A stretch of 64,000 nt of DNA from Chrysomallon squamiferum (Eukaryota; Animalia; Mollusca), in contig CM022671.1 of NCBI GenBank assembly GCA_012295275.1, positions 34,658,001-34,722,000 on the forward strand. The letters run 5' to 3'. The notes below the pieces were generated by a model that was not told the origin of the DNA, did no database searches, and saw only the letters and a program-made list of their open reading frames with translations. Positions 57,976 to 64,000 of this stretch are shown here, piece after piece; the first letter of the stretch is position 1; every line of letters begins with the position of its first letter. Position numbers and translations under genes: made by a program.

Positions 57976-59238
57976 GTGTCTGCATTCGTGATATGACTAT
58001 AGAGTCAATGTTAACTTGTCATGTAGAAAGTCGTGTTAGAACTGATTTTTATTATTATTCTATTTCTATTTTTTATTATTGTTGTTTGTTTCAGGTGTTA
58101 TATATTTTTTCCGCAGGGGGATATTTCCAACGAGTTTATCACAGATATTCAGATAAGGATAGTGTTTGGATTTTCTTCTGCGATGGTAAAGTAAATAACA
58201 TAATCAGAGGTCAATGATTTTTTGTACTCTTCTCCTGTGAGAATATTTTCGTAACTAACATTTAAAAAAAAAAAAAAAGGGTGGGTTTAAGTTCATAGAT
58301 TATAAAGTTTGTTTTGAGTAATATATTTATTTACTTATTTAATTTTATGTATGTATCCATATTTATTTTTAACTTTACTTTACTTAAGTAATAACCTGGG
58401 TGGTTTCAAGTTGTTGTTTTTTTTCTTTTTTTAATATGAATTTACTTTATATATAGATTTCTATTTCTTTATTTGGTTTTATTATTTATTTATTTTATTT
58501 TATTTATTTATTTGATTAATTAATTTATGTATGTATATACTCTGTGTGTGTGTGTGTGTTAAGATTTTGAATATTCTCTGTCGTACATACGTCTGAATAG
58601 ACTCTGCACATACACAATTTTCGGGCGCAGGAGGACAAAGTCCAATCACGACCTCACAAACCCGTCAGATACCATTGACGAGACTCGAACGTATTGCACA
58701 CATTCGCCCACACTCCGAAGGCGGACGATGAAACCGTTCAGCCATCTAGACAACCTTATCAAAAGATCCTCAATAACCGAGAGTAATCACCAAAATATTA
58801 GTAACATTAGTTTAGGATCTCTGTAGAAATTACCTTGAAGATTACTTTGACGTATCTACCTTCTATCTGGATATCTATCTCTCTGTCTGTCTATCTGTCT
58901 GTCTATCTATCTATCTATCTATCTATCTATTTGATTGTTTGCTAAAAACAATTGGATGGATGCATGTATTGAGTAATATATTTATTTACTTATTTAATTT
59001 TATGTATGTTTATACATAATTTATTTTTATTTTTACTCTACTGAATTAATTACCGTGGGGTTTCAAGTTTGTTTTTTGATCACTTTTTTTCTTTATTGTT
59101 GTTTTTGGCTGTTGTTCTTTTTTTTTCTTTCTTTTTTTCTCTTTTTTTTTTTTTAACTTCCATTTTATTTATACATATATTTCTATTTACTTATTTGGTT
59201 TTATTTTATTATTATTATTATTTCTTTTGTATTAGTTT

Positions 59239-59287
<49 letters not shown>

Positions 59288-59298
59288 GTATGTATCTA

Positions 59299-59340
<42 letters not shown>

Positions 59341-59962
59341 CATCTTTTTAGGAGTTTTTAGGAGTTTCAGTATTCTCTGTCGTATGTAAGTTTGATTAGA
59401 CTCTGCATATAGACAATGTTCGGGAACGTGCAGGAGGACAAAGTCCAATCAAGACCTCCAATCAAAACCCCGCTACAGACTCGAATGTATGGCACCCATT
59501 CGCCCGCACTCCGTTCAGCCATCGAGACCACCTTAATAAAGGTTCCTCAGTAACCGAGGGTAATCATCGCTTCCCCCGAAGCACGTCGTTTTTTGTCTTT
59601 CGTCATTTTTGCTTGTATCTGGGGGGAGGGTTTTGCGGGAAACCTGGCAGTAGCAAGTATGTAGTTTAGGAATTTAATATTCTCTGTCGTATGCACGTCT
59701 GATTATACACATTGCATTGTATTTCCAGATTATGGATTTTGGAGTTTTCTCCCTTTAATAAATACTCTGCAGCGACAAAACTTTCGCCTACGTGTTGCCT
59801 TTATGTAGATGGTTTGAGTTCGCCAACAAAATGAATATAGTGATAAAATATCTGGTCAACCCAAAACATCTTTACTATTAGACTTCAAAAGGAATATAAA
59901 TATACTTGAATTCATTGATAAATAATAATTCGTTTTAAAGCGTTATACATTAATAATTAATA

Positions 59963-60960
59963 CAGTAAACCTCGCCTGAATCTCGGGACGACTTATAGTG
60001 ACTACTTGCAAATGTAAGTCGGCAAAATGACGACTTATCCTAGCATATTCTCTGTTAGAAGCAGCCATAATTATTCGCTTTCAGCGGTGTTTTAGTTGTC
60101 CTGTTGTTTATATCTCTGAAGAATGTCCTTCATTTTTTCAGTTTTCCATTCTTGAACTACAGCTATATTAATAAACGCAGATTCACCCACTTTAATCACT
60201 TTTCGATTCTCCAACTTTCCTTAAAATGACCTGTCCAACAGTCATTCAGTTTCTCACCCATCCTCGTGACCAGTTTGCTCAGCAGAGCCTCGTGCTTTTT
60301 GAAGTTGCATTTCAGCATTGATATGAATTTCAGGTCTAGCAGCCATTTATCGAAACCGTTTAATTAGCGCGGAGTCGACATCTTCAAATGTCGGGTGCCT
60401 GATGCGTTTCAACTCTTTTCTTGAATCGGGACGCTCACCCTTCTCGATGGCCTCATTTACTTTACATTCTTTTTTTTTTTCTTTCTAAAAGTCGTTTAAT
60501 GTTGTTCGGGAAATCTTGAATCTCTCCGCCGTCAGAAACTTTTTCTTCATAAGACTGGCTTCCCAGTACTTAATTATTTCATACTTCTCCTTATAATATT
60601 TAGCTATTACTCGCCTCTTTCCACCAGTCGCCATTTTGTACACTAAAAAAATGTCACCATCGTCAGCGCCACTTTCCAAAATAACATGTTAATTCAACGC
60701 ACCCATACTGGAGGCAAGTCACGTGCATATCAATATCTCAACCCACAACGCCCGTCTACACCCACGCCAATAGCTTGAGACAGCGGGTACATTGTGCGAG
60801 ACTGTTTCGAGGGATTTCCCACTGACGACTTAGCGCTAGAAGTTAACTGTGTTTTGACGACTTAAATAGGGCTAGTTTATTGGAAATAACGTTACAGAAA
60901 ATCGGGTGTTTTAGCCAAGATGACGACTTACGCACTTTGACACTTAGGCGAGGTTTACTG
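59963..60960 (-). mobile_element. Internally deleted Tigger/pogo element, copy 2 (co-duplicated with its flanks)
   Basis: Same TIRs (CAGTAAACCTCGCCT / AGGCGAGGTTTACTG) and same flanking sequence as 50381-51378. Confidence 0.85.
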
Positions 60961-61592
60961 AACTTCTTTTTTTAACTATCTTATTGCAATATGCCGAGGC
61001 ATATTTTTTTTTACATTAAACAAATGTCGAGTGACGCCACAAACCAAAAATGCTACAAAATGACACGTTTACACACGACAGTTTAGTCACAGAAGAGTAT
61101 TTAATGACTTCACCAGTCACTACATTGCAGGCACAGACGCATAACCACGACAGATTTCTTGCAGTAAGTAAATCATATTTTTTCTTGGACTAATTAAATG
61201 AAGTTGGATCATTTTCCACGGCACACTAATGTGTTTCGGCGCACTGGTTGAAAATCGCTCTAATACGTTAAATAAATACTTCATTTTACGCTATTTAATA
61301 CATTAAATATATAGCATTCATTTTAATCTATGTAAAATATGAGTAAACTGCATAACGCATCACTTTAAACTGTGTAATAAACAATACTTCGTTATAAATT
61401 ATATAATGCATTAATACACTAATGATGTTGTTAAAAACAGTAATTAACCAGTGAATTAGTCGGTCAGTAATAAAATCATTCCAAAGCAAGCTAAACCTCT
61501 AACTGTCATGTACAGTTTATGTACCAACCATCTACATGTGGAAAATTGGACGCTTACTGAAACTTCTATATACCGTACAGGCTGGAAAAAAT

Positions 61593-61643
<51 letters not shown>

Positions 61644-62875
61644 TTAATTTATTTTTAGAAAATAAAATTAACTCTAACACACAAATCAAGTAACCTTTTT
61701 TTCTTATTTATTTATTTTTTTATTTATTTTATTTTCTTTTTATTCTTTTATATATATATATTTTTATTTTTATTTTTTTTTAAAAATGAGAACACACCTG
61801 TAACCCAAATAATGTAAGACATAATAATTACCCATCGTTTCAATATGAGGTAAAAATAAGGACTATAAAAAGAACACTGTAAGCGACAATTAAAGTCAAA
61901 ACAGACTTCATTGTTTTAAAAATAAAATAAGAAACAAAAAACAAGAAACAACTGTAATATTTTGTTAGTGAGAATCAACCTCAGTTCAAAACCTGCAGTG
62001 AAAACAAAAATAACAGCATAAAAGATAAAAGAAAGATTTTATTAGATACATTTTACAAGATATAAAAATATAAGTTGTTTTAATGATTAACAATAACAAA
62101 AATATCTAGAAAAGAACTTGAAAAATATAGGAAAATTGATAAATGGCTTTCTTAAACATAATTAAATTTCAGTATTTGTCTAATTTATAGAGGCAGGTAT
62201 TATTTATTATATATACCTACATATTCACATATGGATGTAAAAACACACATACAAACAGAAACACACACACATTATTGCTAATAATTAAATAATTAATTGA
62301 AATTAATACAAAAAAACTCCACAAAATTAATTATTATAATTATTAATGAGACAGTAATACTGGAAATAACAGCTTCTTAAAATTCATGACCTCTATTTTA
62401 ATTTTAAAATATGATATCAGTTGATTTAAAAAAATAATAAAATAAAATAAAATAAAATAAAATAAAATAAAATAAAATAACAAAACCTTCTGTAGCCATA
62501 TAAAACATTAAACACACAAAAAAAACATCTATATAATTTTCAATTTTCACGAAACTCGCAAAGGAAATCTTGAGTGGCATGGAAATTCTGGATTTCTGGA
62601 TTTATGTCAAAAATTGTTAAAACAAAATATTTTTGGAAAAACAATACAAAGTTCGGGGTTAGTATCAGTCTACATTGTACAAGTGGAATCCATCTATAGA
62701 CACTCCCCCCGCAAAAAAATAACAATAATAAAGTTCTACTTGTAAACAGAAACACTGTATATTTACAAACTAAACTGTTGCAAAACGAATAAAAAAGATT
62801 TAAAAATACTGAACGGGATAAAACGTTTAAAGATAAAAATCATTTTTGTCCATTATATGAATGCAACTTTATAAA

Positions 62876-62912
<37 letters not shown>

Positions 62913-63667
62913 CTAAACAAACACAAACTTATTTTAAAGTAAAACAGGAACAAAATGTTGTTGGTTCTCTAACACACATGAAATATAAATATACACATTA
63001 AAATACATGTAACATATTTCAAGATAACAATATAAAATTTAACTTTAAAAAGTTATTAATAAGAATGATGTATCAAAATATTACTATACCTCTCTGTGTA
63101 ATTATAATTAAATAGTTTTCTGAAAAAGGTATAAACAAAACAAACACATTTCCAGATTAAACCAATCAACAACTTGTTAAGGGAACACCCTGCCAGGTCG
63201 TGTTCATATTAATTATTATGCATAATCAACACTTTAATAAAATAGCATTATGATAATTCTGGTATTTTTGTTTTATATCATACGCTAAATATGTATTTGC
63301 TTACATCATTTTTCATCTGGGTATTTTGTGAATTAATTTAATTTAATTTATATTTAAAATTCAACGAGAAAGAAAGATAAGTTTGCTGTGAGACAGCAAC
63401 TAGTTTAAGTTAAATTATGATTAAATCCTTCATATTAAATTTCATCCATCTTATTTTTTATTTCAAAACTTTTATTATATTTTAACCAAATCGCCTCTGT
63501 TAATCTAGAAACAATTTAGTTATATTTTAACCAAATCCTTCATATTAAATTTCAAGCAATTAACATTTAAAGTAATTTAAGAAAGTGACACAGAATCATT
63601 ATTATTTACAATAGTGAAAGATAGCTAAAATGTTCATCTTTTTATTCAAAATTAACGGAGTTCAGTG

Positions 63668-63884
63668 TTAAATCATATTCAGAAAGCCAGAAACTGTTGC
63701 TACAACAGCAGCAACACACACCAGCAAGACACTGCCTGATTTGACTACAGCATATGATTCATAATAATCATCACAAAAAGAAGAAGCAAACCCTCGGTAT
63801 GCATCTTTTACAAGTCCCAGCATTTTCTCTGGACAGCTGTCTTTTAGTGATTCTCTTGTACACTTCCACATCTCTACGTTTAGT
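63668..63884 (-). CDS. Gene B4 terminal exon 5 (rest of gene beyond the window): LNVEMWKCTRESLKDSCPEKMLGLVKDAYRGFASSFCDDYYESYAVVKSGSVLLVCVAAVVATVSGFLNMI*
   Basis: Acceptor tttcag|, 217 nt, TAA stop; close paralogue of B3 exon 5. Confidence 0.88.
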
Positions 63885-64000
63885 CTGAAATTACAACAGA
63901 GATATATTTTTCCACACAATTCAGCAAACGTTTTTCTGTTTTGTGAATGAATGCACTTTGTAACAAAAGATAGAATAAATAACTAAACCAGATGTTTAGA

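Larger units (their letters stand above)
47300..62230. repeat. Recent tandem segmental duplication: ~47300-52330 vs ~56540-62230 (also ~44240-45245 vs ~54935-56670)
   Basis: Long near-identical colinear blocks including the Tigger element, SINE-like copies and downstream sequence of the B genes. Confidence 0.9.

Overview
AT-rich, microsatellite-dense eukaryotic DNA, probably from an invertebrate such as a mollusc (inference from composition only). The ORF track mostly shows repeat artefacts; the real coding content is a spliced family of small cysteine-rich, putatively GPI-anchored surface proteins built from a 6-Cys module (C-x10-C-x20-28-C-x8-10-C-x7-8-C-x19-27-C). One single-module gene lies on the + strand (4 exons, 5320-25663, 135 aa, 18.9-kb first intron). 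Facing it tail-to-tail is a minus-strand tandem array of at least four double-module (12-Cys) paralogues with stop codons at 29731, 38039, 52458 and 63668. The paralogues show mostly non-synonymous divergence, a mosaic exon/intron pattern suggesting gene conversion, and gene death. Copy 2 has lost exon 2 and carries a near-intact 2.4-kb hAT (Buster/Charlie-type) transposon inserted at its predicted GPI-attachment region. The array also contains Tigger/pogo elements, a CGGBP1-like hAT fragment, a tRNA-derived SINE-like repeat and a decayed ORF that was co-duplicated with the genes. Family names are by pattern recognition; no database searches were run.
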